DNA from: an uncultured Alphaproteobacteria bacterium
GTDB taxonomy: Bacteria; Pseudomonadota; Alphaproteobacteria; RF32; CAG-239
Length of the DNA stretch: 64,000 bases
Assembly (NCBI GenBank): GCA_944390895.1
Contig: CALXRQ010000002.1
Coordinates: 12,016 to 76,015 of the forward strand
Reading direction: 5' to 3'
Shown here: in pieces, positions 46,737 to 56,512 of the stretch
Position numbering within the stretch: the stretch's first letter is position 1
Layout: each line of letters starts with the position of its first letter
Position numbers and translations under genes: made by a program
Notes under the pieces: model-generated
The model's input: the letters and a program-made list of their open reading frames with translations, nothing else
Database searches by the model: none
Told to the model about the DNA's origin: nothing

Positions 46737-47444
46737 ATGTCGGGCCGTTTTAAAATATTTGCGATGCTTCTGTGCGGCGGACTTATGATAAGTTCCGCAG
46801 CCGAGGCCTTTTTCCCTTTCCCATCTCCGCTGACCGGTAAAGATCCGGCCAATCTGGCGCTGGACAAAGTCGAAAACCTGACGGCAAAACTGGAAGACGC
46901 AGAACAGAAGCTTGCTACGGCCCAGAAAGAGATTGAAGAAGCAAAGGCCGGCGCTTTCGGGCCTTTGGCGCAGATTAAAGGCTATGCGGAAGCCCTGAAA
47001 GGTCTGGACATAAAGAAAGCCGTTCCCAAACTTGAAATGCCGGACTTTTTGGGTAAAAATACCAATAATAAGGATAAAATGGCGGCAGAGGTTGAAAAAA
47101 ATCTGGTTATCAAATATGACGAAACCGGTAACCAAAATGCGGCGATTGATGAACAAAACCTGAAAAGAACCGAAATCCTTCAGAACAACATCTCCACCCT
47201 GTATGCGCATGCTTTGGCAACCAGAACCAATTTGGCCAAAGAACGCGAACTTCCGCCGATGGAGGTTAATTCCGAAAGCGCAAGAGAAATTTTGGCCGCA
47301 ACCAGAGCTCTGACCGAAAGCATGGCGCGCCGCTACAATGATATTTTGTTTATGGAAGCGCAGATTTTGGAGTTTAACAGTGCCGGAGAAGTTACGGACA
47401 TTAGTCTGAACAAAGATATATCCGCTGCCGGAGAGGGAGGCTGA
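46737..47444 (+). CDS. secreted helical protein, VirB5/TrbJ-like by size and position (tentative)
   Basis: It is 235 aa. The signal peptide ends AEA|FFPFPSP, followed by a coiled coil. No motif-level proof was found. Confidence 0.4.
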   Translation: MSGRFKIFAMLLCGGLMISSAAEAFFPFPSPLTGKDPANLALDKVENLTAKLEDAEQKLATAQKEIEEAKAGAFGPLAQIKGYAEALKGLDIKKAVPKLEMPDFLGKNTNNKDKMAAEVEKNLVIKYDETGNQNAAIDEQNLKRTEILQNNISTLYAHALATRTNLAKERELPPMEVNSESAREILAATRALTESMARRYNDILFMEAQILEFNSAGEVTDISLNKDISAAGEGG

Positions 47445-47445
47445 T

Positions 47446-48627
47446 ATGAAAAAGTCCGCATTATTGACAATTATATCTCTGTTGCTGGTTTTGCAGGCGC
47501 CGTCCCGGGCCGAAGCGTTGTTGATAGCTAAATTTGACGTTATGGCCGGCGAAGTTTCGACCGCCGTTACCAAAATCACCAAGCAGGTGCAAAACGTTGC
47601 CGACAAGGTTATGAACTCGGCCATTGTTACCAAAATCGGCAAAGGTTTTGATGAGGCCAAAAAGTGGAAAGAAACGGCCGAGCAGAAAGCCAAACCCTTT
47701 GTTGATACCTATAAGGATACTCAGGCGGCCTACGACAAGGTAAAAACCGAACTGATTGACTCCAAACTGGCACAGATTAAAAAACTCAACGATGACATTT
47801 CCAATATCAAGGAGCGCAAAAACAGCCTTCAGGAAGAGATTGCCAATGTTTCGAATGAAATTCAGTCTTCGGTCGATTCGGAAATTTCGGTTATTGATGG
47901 AAAAATCAATACCATTGACCTCAACACGGAAGTTATCAAAAAGGCCATAGAACTGGATCCGAGAAAAGAAAAGAAAGCGGAATTTGAAGCGCAGCTGGCA
48001 CAGATGGAAAGCGAGCGCGAAAGTTATGTCAAACAAAAAGAACAGATAAAAGCCAATGCCGAAGCGCAGAAAAAGGCGGCGACCGAAAGTCTGCAATCTC
48101 AGGTAGACAGCCTGAACCGGGAAATACAGACGCTTTTGTCCGACTTGGGCAGCCTGACGGAAAGCACCGACAGCACGCAGGATCCCGAAAAGGCGCTGCT
48201 CTATATGCGCGATACTTATTTCATCAAAGACAACGAAAAGGAAACGCCGGCCAAAACCGAGGCCGTGCGCGTCAACCGCCTGTTGGAACGCCGCAAAAGC
48301 ATTGTTCAGGTTTATCAGGACGCCATTGAGTTGCGTCATGACATCAGAAACGTTGACGAAGACCTTGAAGATCAGGCTTATGCCACAACCATTTATGATA
48401 CGACCGGCGGTGCCGTCGGCGGCGACGCCGAAGTCCGCATCCGGCGTATGGAGGCTCTGCGCCGCTATGCGCGCCTTTTGGTTGCAGATCTGAAAATGAA
48501 AACGGCCAATGAAGTTTCTCTGCTGACTTTTACCAAACTCAAAAAGCCTCAGAAAACAATTACGGAGTTTAATCTTGACGATTATATTTTCGAAATGCCG
48601 GAAAAATCATCGGAAGGGAGTAAATGA
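47446..48627 (+). CDS. secreted coiled-coil protein
   Basis: The signal peptide ends AEA|LLIAKFDV. It has a long heptad-rich K/E/Q sequence. It is tightly packed with its neighbours. Confidence 0.6.
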   Translation: MKKSALLTIISLLLVLQAPSRAEALLIAKFDVMAGEVSTAVTKITKQVQNVADKVMNSAIVTKIGKGFDEAKKWKETAEQKAKPFVDTYKDTQAAYDKVKTELIDSKLAQIKKLNDDISNIKERKNSLQEEIANVSNEIQSSVDSEISVIDGKINTIDLNTEVIKKAIELDPRKEKKAEFEAQLAQMESERESYVKQKEQIKANAEAQKKAATESLQSQVDSLNREIQTLLSDLGSLTESTDSTQDPEKALLYMRDTYFIKDNEKETPAKTEAVRVNRLLERRKSIVQVYQDAIELRHDIRNVDEDLEDQAYATTIYDTTGGAVGGDAEVRIRRMEALRRYARLLVADLKMKTANEVSLLTFTKLKKPQKTITEFNLDDYIFEMPEKSSEGSK

Positions 48628-49316
48628 TAATGTCTGGGTTTAATCTGAAATTGTTGTTTATCTGTCTGGTGGTCAGCTTGGTTTTCTTCAGCAGCCGTGC
48701 GGAAGCCATCGGCTTTTTCGATCCCGGTTCAATGGCGACCCAGGTTGTTAACGGCGTGAACGCGACGCTGAATAAAGTGTCAACCATTGCCAATAAGGTT
48801 GTCAAGGGAACGCTTAACAAGCTGAAAGCGCTGGTGGACAAGTTTACGAGCCGCTTTAACAAAAAAGAAGAAACCAAGATTCCCGGCACCAAGGAAATCA
48901 AGGAAAGTAAAATCGCCGACATCTATGATGAAAACTCCATAAGGCCGGCGTTCCAAAAACTGTTTTTTGAATATCCGTCGGATCAGGAGCGCATTCAGCT
49001 TTTGTATGACGACAAACGGCGTGAATTCTATGATGATACGATTATTGAGGCGTTTACCGCCGTGCGCGAATTGGAAAAAAATCTTGTCGCGATAGACAAG
49101 AGGATCGCCACCGCCGGAACGACCTATACCAAAGCCGATGACTATAATGGCGGATTGTACAATAACTATATGATTGAAGTTGAAACTGACGAGCTGCTGA
49201 TAATCATTCAGGAACTGGTCGCAATCAAGGCCCAGATGGCGGCGGCAAGTGCCATGAGAGACAAGGTAAAGCCCCTTTATCACGGCAAGGCCAGCGTCGG
49301 TATCCAGCTTGACTAG
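48624..49316 (+). CDS. secreted helical protein, VirB5/TrbJ-like by size and position (tentative)
   Basis: It is 230 aa. The signal peptide ends AEA|IGFFDPGSMATQVVNGV. It has an ATGA overlap with the upstream gene. Confidence 0.4.
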   Translation: MIMSGFNLKLLFICLVVSLVFFSSRAEAIGFFDPGSMATQVVNGVNATLNKVSTIANKVVKGTLNKLKALVDKFTSRFNKKEETKIPGTKEIKESKIADIYDENSIRPAFQKLFFEYPSDQERIQLLYDDKRREFYDDTIIEAFTAVRELEKNLVAIDKRIATAGTTYTKADDYNGGLYNNYMIEVETDELLIIIQELVAIKAQMAAASAMRDKVKPLYHGKASVGIQLD

Positions 49317-49340
49317 GACATGACTATGAGGAGAACGGCA

Positions 49341-52300
49341 ATGAATATTAAAAATAAAATCAAAAATGCGGTTGCCTGCGGTATCTTGTCTGCGGCGGCG
49401 GCTTTTGCCGGCCATGCACTGGCGGCGGATGATTATTCTCCGTTTTCTGCCGGAACGGCTTCACAGTCAAAGTCCTCGTCTTCGAACTATACCGATCCTT
49501 CGCGCTACCAGACCAAAAGCATTTTGACGTTTGACGAGGCGCAAACCTCGGACGCGACCGGTCCTTTTGCCGGTTCGGAAACGCAAATGGAAGAACTGGA
49601 CAAACTGGAGCCGATTATTGAGGGTCTGCAGGCGGCAATTGATGCCCACAACACTCTGAACGGCCTGAAAAATTATCGGGATACGCAGCGCCGCTATAAT
49701 GAAATGGTTCAGCTGCACGAAAAGTCAATTGAGGTTTTAAAACAGTCGGAACAGTGCGTCATCAATTATATCGGACGTTACTTTAACAATCCGGTCAGCG
49801 TGTGGTCCGGTATTGATCTGCGCGATACGCCACAAAGTCATGATCTGCGCAAAGGCTTGTCGGCCTGGGCTTTGGAGAGTTATGAAACGGCCAAGGCTTC
49901 CCAGTTGTCTCCGATTGACGTCGGCGATGTCTCAACGCTTGACATGGACGCTTTGTCGGAGCAGTCCGATGCCTATGATAAGAAAAATGAAGAATTGGGC
50001 GAAGAAATGATAAGCGTTGACGGAACCGAAAACGCCACAGCCGATATGACGGATGCGGAAACGCTGGCTTACGCCAATCAGAATGAGGGTGATACGGCGT
50101 TGGATATTGAAAGCAAAAAGAACAACGTGAAGGAACTGTCAAATCAGCACGACGGCATCTTCTTCAAAGAGCCGGACAAGCAGGAAGCCTACGAAGAAGA
50201 TTCCCGCAAATCAGATCTGCTGCCGACGGATATCGGAACCGAGGCTTCAATGTCTTTGGCCGCAAATCCGGAAAAATGGGGTTCGGTCAAAAAAGAATTT
50301 CCGATTTGGAACGACCAGAAAACCTTTTATAATCAGTATCTTGACGGAAAATATCTGAATATTGCCCAATATATTAAAAACTTGGAAATATCTGCCGATG
50401 CACAGGATAAAATATATAAGGCGCTGCTTCAGGATCAGGCTTCCTTTATGGCCAAGGCCGAAAAGGAAATCACGCAGGCGGCCATAGCGGCGGTAACCAA
50501 GACCAATCAGCAGTATGAAAGCGAATACCGCGAACTTGAACAGAAGTATAATGCGGATGTCAGCGCGGTAGTCGGAAAAGCCAAGTCTGACGTAAGTGCT
50601 TTGGAGCAGGAGCGTGACGGCAAGGCTTCGCAGATAGATTCCGAAATTGCGTCCTTGCAGGCCCAGCGTACGTCATATGCACAGCGCCGTGAGGAACTGA
50701 TAGTTTCCAATGACGAGCTGTCCAAACTCATCAGCGAAACCAGACAGGAGCTTTCCGCTGCCGAAAGTCTGACTGCCGGTGCCGAAATGACGGACGAACA
50801 GAAAAAGGAACATGAAGAACTGGTTGCGCAGCTGAAAGGCGAAATTGCTGCAGCTCAGGCCAAGATTCAGGCGCAAAATCAGGAAAAAGCATCGGTTGAA
50901 GCCGCTTATGACCAAAAAACCGGGGAAATCGATGCCAAAACCAAAGCCAAAAACGATTTGCTGACCGAATATTCTGCTAAGATTGCCAATGTGAACAAAG
51001 CGGCGGAAACGCAAAAAACGACCCTGAAAACGGAATTTGAGAAACAAGACGAAGCTAACCGCCAAAAACGCGATGATAAGATTAAAAAGATTAATCTGGC
51101 CGCCGAAGCTGCCAAAAAAACACTGGATACCAACAGCGGCATAACGGTTAAAGACATTGTCAACACCACCAACCTGATTATTGCCATTGCCAAGGATGAC
51201 GCGGTTGCGAATATTGAAAAGGCGCGGCAGGCTTTCTACGGTCTCGGAGATGATTTATACCGCGGCCGCAAGCAGGATCAGGTTATAGAGTATCATCAGG
51301 CGCTGATTGACAACCTGCGCGGCAAAGACGTAACCCTCGGCGGTCTTGAGCTGAAAGGTGTGGGCGGAAAAGTCCGCGGCATTACCACCGAACTTGAAAC
51401 AATTGTCAGCGGCAGAGATCTGGAAAACAGCCTGAATGAAATGTATGTTGATCTCCGCAGCCAGTATATTAAAAACACCAATGTTGTACTGAATGTCAGT
51501 CTCTTTGACGATGTTTTGAAAGATATGGATACGTCTGCCGACAGCGAGTTTTTCGTCGGCGCCGTTGCCAAGGAACGCGATTTCAGGGCGCCCGGAATTA
51601 TGCCGGACTTCAACCTGCCGCCGCTGCGTGAATATGTTCATTTTGATTATATTGATTTGAAAAATGCCGTGGGAGACGCGCAGAAAATGATTGTCGGCAA
51701 AGACATCACCGAGGAGTTGTTCCCGGGTTTCCCCAACAAAGGAACCAGCATTTTCTTCAAACAGACGGAAAGCATTCCGCTTTCGGTTGTCAACAAGGAC
51801 ACATTCCTGAACTATGGCGGACGCATTCCCGAAATCTGGAAACTTATGCTTCAGGACAAGGCCTTTGTGGAAACGGATTTCTTCCTGTCCTCGTCTCTGG
51901 CGCCGGAAGATCGGAAGATTGAAAAAGATGCCTTGAAACTTGGCGGTGAGACGCTGGCTTTGTTCCGCGGCGGTATCTACCCCTGCATCGTCAAGAACAT
52001 TTCCAACTGCAAAGCGCCCGATATGATTGAAAACGGCGAGGGCATTGTTGATGTTGCCTACAATTCCAAGGGCGAATATCATGTTAACGAATATATGATG
52101 GGACTGTCCTTCGTCAAAGGCGAGCGCAGACAGGAACTGCTGGGACAGAACCTGCCGGTCTGCCAGAACATCAGCGCTGCCTGCAGCCGTTTCAAGCCGT
52201 CTTCTCCGTATTTTATCACATCAAAGGGCGAGGGACAGATAAAGCTGACCGAGCTTTCAGATAAAGAATACAGCGAGTTGGGCACGATTTTGGCGCTGAA

Positions 52301-52973
52301 CAGCGGCAAAATCGGCAACGAACGGGTCTATAACCTCTTAACCCTGACCCCGGAAATGGAATCTCTGCTGGTTTACGGTCTGCGTATGGAAGAAGCCAGC
52401 AAAAATGAAAATATGCCGGATTTGAACGCGGTTGAAAAAATAAACGACGACATTTACAAGGATGCTCAATACCGCAACAATCAGATCGGCGATTTTCTGG
52501 TTCAGGCCGAAACCGAACAAACTTATAAAAACTCGGTTGAAGAGTTGAAAACCAGCATTGACCAGATGCGCGAAGACCTTCTTGAAGTTTTGCGCAATAT
52601 GGGCTTTGCGCCGAGTGAAGATTTTGACATTTCCAAAGACAGCGACTATGATTTGGCCGTAAGCAAACTCAAGAACGTCAAGCAGAATTATCTGAATACG
52701 GTCGGAGCCAAAATCAGCAGCATCAATGACGCCGGTTCGGAATTGCTGCGCGACAGCAAACGTAACTACTCGGCTGTTTATAACGCTCTGTTGCAAGATA
52801 AGGATGCCGTCACGACAATGGGTATGGCCGTTTCGGACAGCACGTCGCTTGACGAAACCATCAAGACCGGCAAAGCCAATCTGGCGGTTGACAGCACCTA
52901 TCAGGAAACGGCCGATAAGAGTTTTGAGGAACAGCTGAACAGCTTTAACCCGGCCTATTGTGTGGCATATTAA
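49341..52973 (+). CDS. ~1210-aa secreted protein with central long coiled coil; unknown function
   Basis: A GAGGAGA RBS precedes the ATG at 49341. The signal peptide is ...AFAGHALA. No TM segments are present. I recognise no family. Confidence 0.7.
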   Translation: MNIKNKIKNAVACGILSAAAAFAGHALAADDYSPFSAGTASQSKSSSSNYTDPSRYQTKSILTFDEAQTSDATGPFAGSETQMEELDKLEPIIEGLQAAIDAHNTLNGLKNYRDTQRRYNEMVQLHEKSIEVLKQSEQCVINYIGRYFNNPVSVWSGIDLRDTPQSHDLRKGLSAWALESYETAKASQLSPIDVGDVSTLDMDALSEQSDAYDKKNEELGEEMISVDGTENATADMTDAETLAYANQNEGDTALDIESKKNNVKELSNQHDGIFFKEPDKQEAYEEDSRKSDLLPTDIGTEASMSLAANPEKWGSVKKEFPIWNDQKTFYNQYLDGKYLNIAQYIKNLEISADAQDKIYKALLQDQASFMAKAEKEITQAAIAAVTKTNQQYESEYRELEQKYNADVSAVVGKAKSDVSALEQERDGKASQIDSEIASLQAQRTSYAQRREELIVSNDELSKLISETRQELSAAESLTAGAEMTDEQKKEHEELVAQLKGEIAAAQAKIQAQNQEKASVEAAYDQKTGEIDAKTKAKNDLLTEYSAKIANVNKAAETQKTTLKTEFEKQDEANRQKRDDKIKKINLAAEAAKKTLDTNSGITVKDIVNTTNLIIAIAKDDAVANIEKARQAFYGLGDDLYRGRKQDQVIEYHQALIDNLRGKDVTLGGLELKGVGGKVRGITTELETIVSGRDLENSLNEMYVDLRSQYIKNTNVVLNVSLFDDVLKDMDTSADSEFFVGAVAKERDFRAPGIMPDFNLPPLREYVHFDYIDLKNAVGDAQKMIVGKDITEELFPGFPNKGTSIFFKQTESIPLSVVNKDTFLNYGGRIPEIWKLMLQDKAFVETDFFLSSSLAPEDRKIEKDALKLGGETLALFRGGIYPCIVKNISNCKAPDMIENGEGIVDVAYNSKGEYHVNEYMMGLSFVKGERRQELLGQNLPVCQNISAACSRFKPSSPYFITSKGEGQIKLTELSDKEYSELGTILALNSGKIGNERVYNLLTLTPEMESLLVYGLRMEEASKNENMPDLNAVEKINDDIYKDAQYRNNQIGDFLVQAETEQTYKNSVEELKTSIDQMREDLLEVLRNMGFAPSEDFDISKDSDYDLAVSKLKNVKQNYLNTVGAKISSINDAGSELLRDSKRNYSAVYNALLQDKDAVTTMGMAVSDSTSLDETIKTGKANLAVDSTYQETADKSFEEQLNSFNPAYCVAY

Positions 52974-52993
52974 AAAAGGATATGGCGTAAAGG

Positions 52994-53746
52994 ATGAATA
53001 ACGCAAACTCGATAACTGACGGCACCAGGGTTCTGTCCATTGAGGGCACGGCCGCTTCCCGGCAGAACTTTATCAGTGTTGAAGAAAAGGAAGTTGAAAC
53101 CTTAAAGCTCAAATATTATATGTGGCTTTCCAGACTGTTCATCCTTTTTGCTATTCTTTCGCTGTTGGTGTTTATGAGTTCGTCTTTGGCTCTTTTCAAG
53201 CTGGCGCCGATGATTAACATTGAGCCTTTTTTGGTGATTAATCAGGATGAAACTGAAGGCATTGTGCGCTATGAGCCGATAACTTCGGATATGGCCTCCA
53301 AGGACCTTCTGTTGGAAACCTTTATCAAGCAGTATGTCATCTTGCGCAATACTATCGTTAATGATGTGACTGAAATGTATAGCCGCTGGCTTCCGGGCGG
53401 AACCATTAACTATCTGTCTTCCTGGCCGGTGTTTTACCAGTTTAACGCGGCCACAATCCCGACGCTGGAAAGCCTTACTCAGTTGGATATGGTAAAAGAG
53501 GTGGAAATTATTTCCATCGGCCGTTTGGGAGGCAAACGCAGTGCTGTATGGAAAGTGGACTTCAAAACTTATGAGCTTTTGCCGCCTACGGCGCAGAGCG
53601 GCGGCGCCATGATTATGCGGGAACGCAACTGGACGGCTTCAGTAACGGCGTTTTTCTTCAAAGAGCGGCGTTTTCTTGGGCGGCGCCTGATTAATCCGAT
53701 GGGCTTTACCGTCACTCGTTATTCCCAGAGTGAAGTGGAAATCTAA
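52994..53746 (+). CDS. VirB8-family protein, paralogue 1
   Basis: It is bitopic (TM LFILFAILSLLVFMSSSLALF), followed by an NTF2-like region. The family-typical end is INPMGFTVTRYSQ. Confidence 0.7.
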   Translation: MNNANSITDGTRVLSIEGTAASRQNFISVEEKEVETLKLKYYMWLSRLFILFAILSLLVFMSSSLALFKLAPMINIEPFLVINQDETEGIVRYEPITSDMASKDLLLETFIKQYVILRNTIVNDVTEMYSRWLPGGTINYLSSWPVFYQFNAATIPTLESLTQLDMVKEVEIISIGRLGGKRSAVWKVDFKTYELLPPTAQSGGAMIMRERNWTASVTAFFFKERRFLGRRLINPMGFTVTRYSQSEVEI

Positions 53747-53867
53747 AAACTTAGCTGTTGATAAGTTGGGGATTTTCTCCGCTTGCTATTAGACTTTTAA
53801 ACTAAAAGAGTATAGTTATTAAAATAACATAAAGAGTATTTAAAAGTCAGAGAAAGGGTAAAGCGCG

Positions 53868-54056
53868 ATGAAATATGCCAAAAAGCTGTTATTGCTTCTC
53901 GTTTTGTTTTTGTTGTCAGGCTGTTTCGGGTCTTATTATGAGCCGGAGCCTGTTGGTATCGGTAAAGGCGTCAATGAGTTGAAACTTTCTCCCTGCGCCT
54001 GTCTGCAACTGGATTTGCCTAAAGAACTTCCCGATTGGTTTGTTGCGACAATATAG
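53868..54056 (+). CDS. small lipoprotein, VirB7-like by size and position
   Basis: It is 62 aa with lipobox LLSGC, and lies between the two virB8 paralogues and upstream of virB9. Confidence 0.5.
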   Translation: MKYAKKLLLLLVLFLLSGCFGSYYEPEPVGIGKGVNELKLSPCACLQLDLPKELPDWFVATI

Positions 54057-54077
54057 CTTTGGATGTAAGGCTCGGAA

Positions 54078-54812
54078 ATGGTAGATAAGCTTGAAGGAAA
54101 CAATGTTGAACAGCGTATGATCGGCGGTCGTCCGGGCCCCCGTCCTGCCGCTGCGCCGCGTCCGCGCAAAAGCGATGCTTTTGTCGCCAATGTGGCCGAA
54201 AAACGCTATTTGTGGACCGCTCGTGCATTTGCAATCATCACGGCCATCAGCATTTGCTGCAACATTGTGCTCATTCTGGCCATTATGCAGGTTATGCCTC
54301 TGTATCGTGTCGAACCGTTTCTTTTGACTTTTCAGAACAAGCAGGAACAGGTCTATAATATTCGCTCGATTGCCAATCTGGAAGATGACAAGTCCATTAC
54401 CGAAGTTTTTGTCCGCCAATATGTTCTGCTTCGCAGTTCTTTTAATCGTGATATTCCCGAAATGGAAGCGCGCTGGCTTCCCGGCGGCCCTATTCAGGAA
54501 ATGTCTTCGCCGGCCGTTTACGCGGACTTTCTTGAAAAAACCGCCAAACGGGCCATTAACGTCATTAAGAGCAAAAGCCTGACCCGCAGCGTCAAAATTA
54601 TTTCCGTCAATGAACTCAGCCGCGGCTTGTGGCAGGTTGAGTATGAAACCCGCGATATGTATCCGGACTCTCCGAAGCCTGAAGTCAATTATTGGACGGC
54701 GTCGCTGCGCATCGCTTATGTCAACAAAACCGTAAAATATGACGAACGCCTGAAAAATCCGGTCGGCTTTACGGTAACCAGATATTCATTAACCTTTAAT
54801 AAAGTAGAATAA
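54078..54812 (+). CDS. VirB8-family protein, paralogue 2
   Basis: It has the TM AFAIITAISICCNIVLILAIM, then EVFVRQYVLLRSSF and KNPVGFTVTRYSL. It is clearly paralogous to 52994..53746. Confidence 0.75.
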   Translation: MVDKLEGNNVEQRMIGGRPGPRPAAAPRPRKSDAFVANVAEKRYLWTARAFAIITAISICCNIVLILAIMQVMPLYRVEPFLLTFQNKQEQVYNIRSIANLEDDKSITEVFVRQYVLLRSSFNRDIPEMEARWLPGGPIQEMSSPAVYADFLEKTAKRAINVIKSKSLTRSVKIISVNELSRGLWQVEYETRDMYPDSPKPEVNYWTASLRIAYVNKTVKYDERLKNPVGFTVTRYSLTFNKVE

Positions 54813-54838
54813 AAAACAGATAGAAATGGTGGTTAACA

Positions 54839-56512
54839 ATGGTTCAAAACATTATTAAATTATTGTCCCTGAGTATGTTCTTAGCTTCTCTGCAGGTCGG
54901 AGAAGCTTTTGCGCAGGAAAACAGTTTGGACCAGAGTGCCGACCAGGATCAGGGGCAGTATCGTTCCATGGACATGAGCTATGCCGGTTTCGGTTCCATC
55001 GGCATGATGCAGAGCGCCTGGCTCGATCCTCTGCAAAATCTGGGCGAAGGTCAAAGTAAACCGGCTTACTCCAAATATTACTGGTCGCCGGATTTGGTTT
55101 TGCCGATCCGTTTGCGCGAAGGTATGATTACACTGATTAATTTTCCGTCCTGGGAAATGGTGGAAGATGTTTTTATCGGTGACAACTCAACATTTGACGG
55201 GCAGATTTCCGGGCCGAACACGGTTTTGCTGTATCCTCGTAAGGGAGCAAACGTCGGTGTCGATACCAATATCATCATTTTCGGCCGGTCCGGCAACCGC
55301 TATGTGTTTTATGTCCGCAGCGAAGGTGTCAACACCGAGCGCTTAACCAATGCCATTATTGATATTGACGTTATCGGCGCAGACAGCGGAAGCGATAACG
55401 GTTTCAGCGGCGGTGGCCGTGTCGGCGGAGGAGGACGCGGTTCGTCCATGGGTTTTAGCGGAAGCAGCTCGAAATCGGTTGCTTCTACCTACACCAAAAG
55501 ATTTCAAAAAGAAGATTGGCTGAAATCTCTGCCGGTTGATCCGGAAAAGTTTCGCTTTGACGTTGAGGTCTATGTCCCTAATCCCGATGATGTGGTAATT
55601 GCGCCCGAACGCGTATGGCGCGACGATATTTTTACCTACATTGACTTGGGAGCCAAAGCGCTGAACATGAACCAGCGTCCGATTGTAACCCTTATTAACG
55701 AAAAGGTCGAAACGCCGGTCGGTTTCCGCAGCAAAGGACCGAACAACCGGTTGATTGTGGTTGAGGCTGTCGGCGATTTGGTGCTGCGCAACGGCAAGCG
55801 CATTGTCTGCCTTAAACTGCGTCGTTCCGATTCTGCCGGCTTGGAGAATGCTATTTATGCCAATGATGAAATTCCGGGCTGGGACGTTCCGCCGCCGCTG
55901 AAGAGCGGAGATCTTGAAGCTGCTTTTAACCCGTCGCAGAACGCAGGAGCGCAAAGCGGCGGAGATTATCTGCCTCTGAGCGGTGAAAACGGAAAAATGC
56001 CCGCGCAGTATGACGTTAATGTCGGCGGCTCAGAGCTGATTGTTCCCCAATACGGCCGGGGACAGTCGTTTTCCAACCAGCCGAACATCGGTTATCAACA
56101 GCCGGGAACCGCCGGTGCGCAAATGGCCGCCGGTAACTACGACTACTCTAAAATGCAGCGTTTGCCGAACCAGTCGGAAGCCAACGCCGCCAACGGCAAC
56201 AGCAAATATCTTCAGCAGTTTGCCTATGGCACCGGTTTTACCGATACCGGCAACGCCAATATTTCCATTGAGCTCGGAACCGATGCCGATGTCAGCAATC
56301 TGGAAGGCCTCTGGGATGAACTAAACCGCAAATACACCCGCGACTTGGCCGGTTATGAGCCGTTTTATTCCGTTGACACGCCGGCCGACGGTCAGGGCAA
56401 GGAGTTGTTCCACCTGCGCGTCGGACCGATAAAAACTCTTGAAGAAGGCGATGCCATTTGTTCAAAATTAGGCCGCAATGGCGTATTTTGTAGTGTAGTC
56501 AGGACCCAATGA
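54839..56512 (+). CDS. VirB9/TrbG/CagX-family protein with Gly-rich linker and C-terminal SPOR domain
   Basis: The N-domain is VLPIRLREGMITLINFPSWEMVEDVFIGDNSTF..TNIIIFGRSGNRYVFYV. The C-domain is APERVWRDDIFTYIDLG...LVLRNGKRIVCLKL. The terminal FHLRVGPIKTLEEGDAICSKLGRNGVFCSVV is SPOR-like. Confidence 0.75.
   Translation: MVQNIIKLLSLSMFLASLQVGEAFAQENSLDQSADQDQGQYRSMDMSYAGFGSIGMMQSAWLDPLQNLGEGQSKPAYSKYYWSPDLVLPIRLREGMITLINFPSWEMVEDVFIGDNSTFDGQISGPNTVLLYPRKGANVGVDTNIIIFGRSGNRYVFYVRSEGVNTERLTNAIIDIDVIGADSGSDNGFSGGGRVGGGGRGSSMGFSGSSSKSVASTYTKRFQKEDWLKSLPVDPEKFRFDVEVYVPNPDDVVIAPERVWRDDIFTYIDLGAKALNMNQRPIVTLINEKVETPVGFRSKGPNNRLIVVEAVGDLVLRNGKRIVCLKLRRSDSAGLENAIYANDEIPGWDVPPPLKSGDLEAAFNPSQNAGAQSGGDYLPLSGENGKMPAQYDVNVGGSELIVPQYGRGQSFSNQPNIGYQQPGTAGAQMAAGNYDYSKMQRLPNQSEANAANGNSKYLQQFAYGTGFTDTGNANISIELGTDADVSNLEGLWDELNRKYTRDLAGYEPFYSVDTPADGQGKELFHLRVGPIKTLEEGDAICSKLGRNGVFCSVVRTQ

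Noticed and set aside
44637-48339. Long minus-strand ORFs (44637..45767, 45655..46461, 46704..47693, 47461..48339)
   Set aside because: They are mirror frames of the plus-strand coiled-coil genes. Their products are Phe/Leu/Gly-rich nonsense with no start context. The plus-strand genes have RBSs, signal peptides and operon-style packing.
44507-52993. Search for a VirB6/TrbL-type polytopic membrane protein between virB4 and virB8
   Set aside because: None of the six ORFs has more than the signal-peptide hydrophobic segment, so no virB6 call is made.
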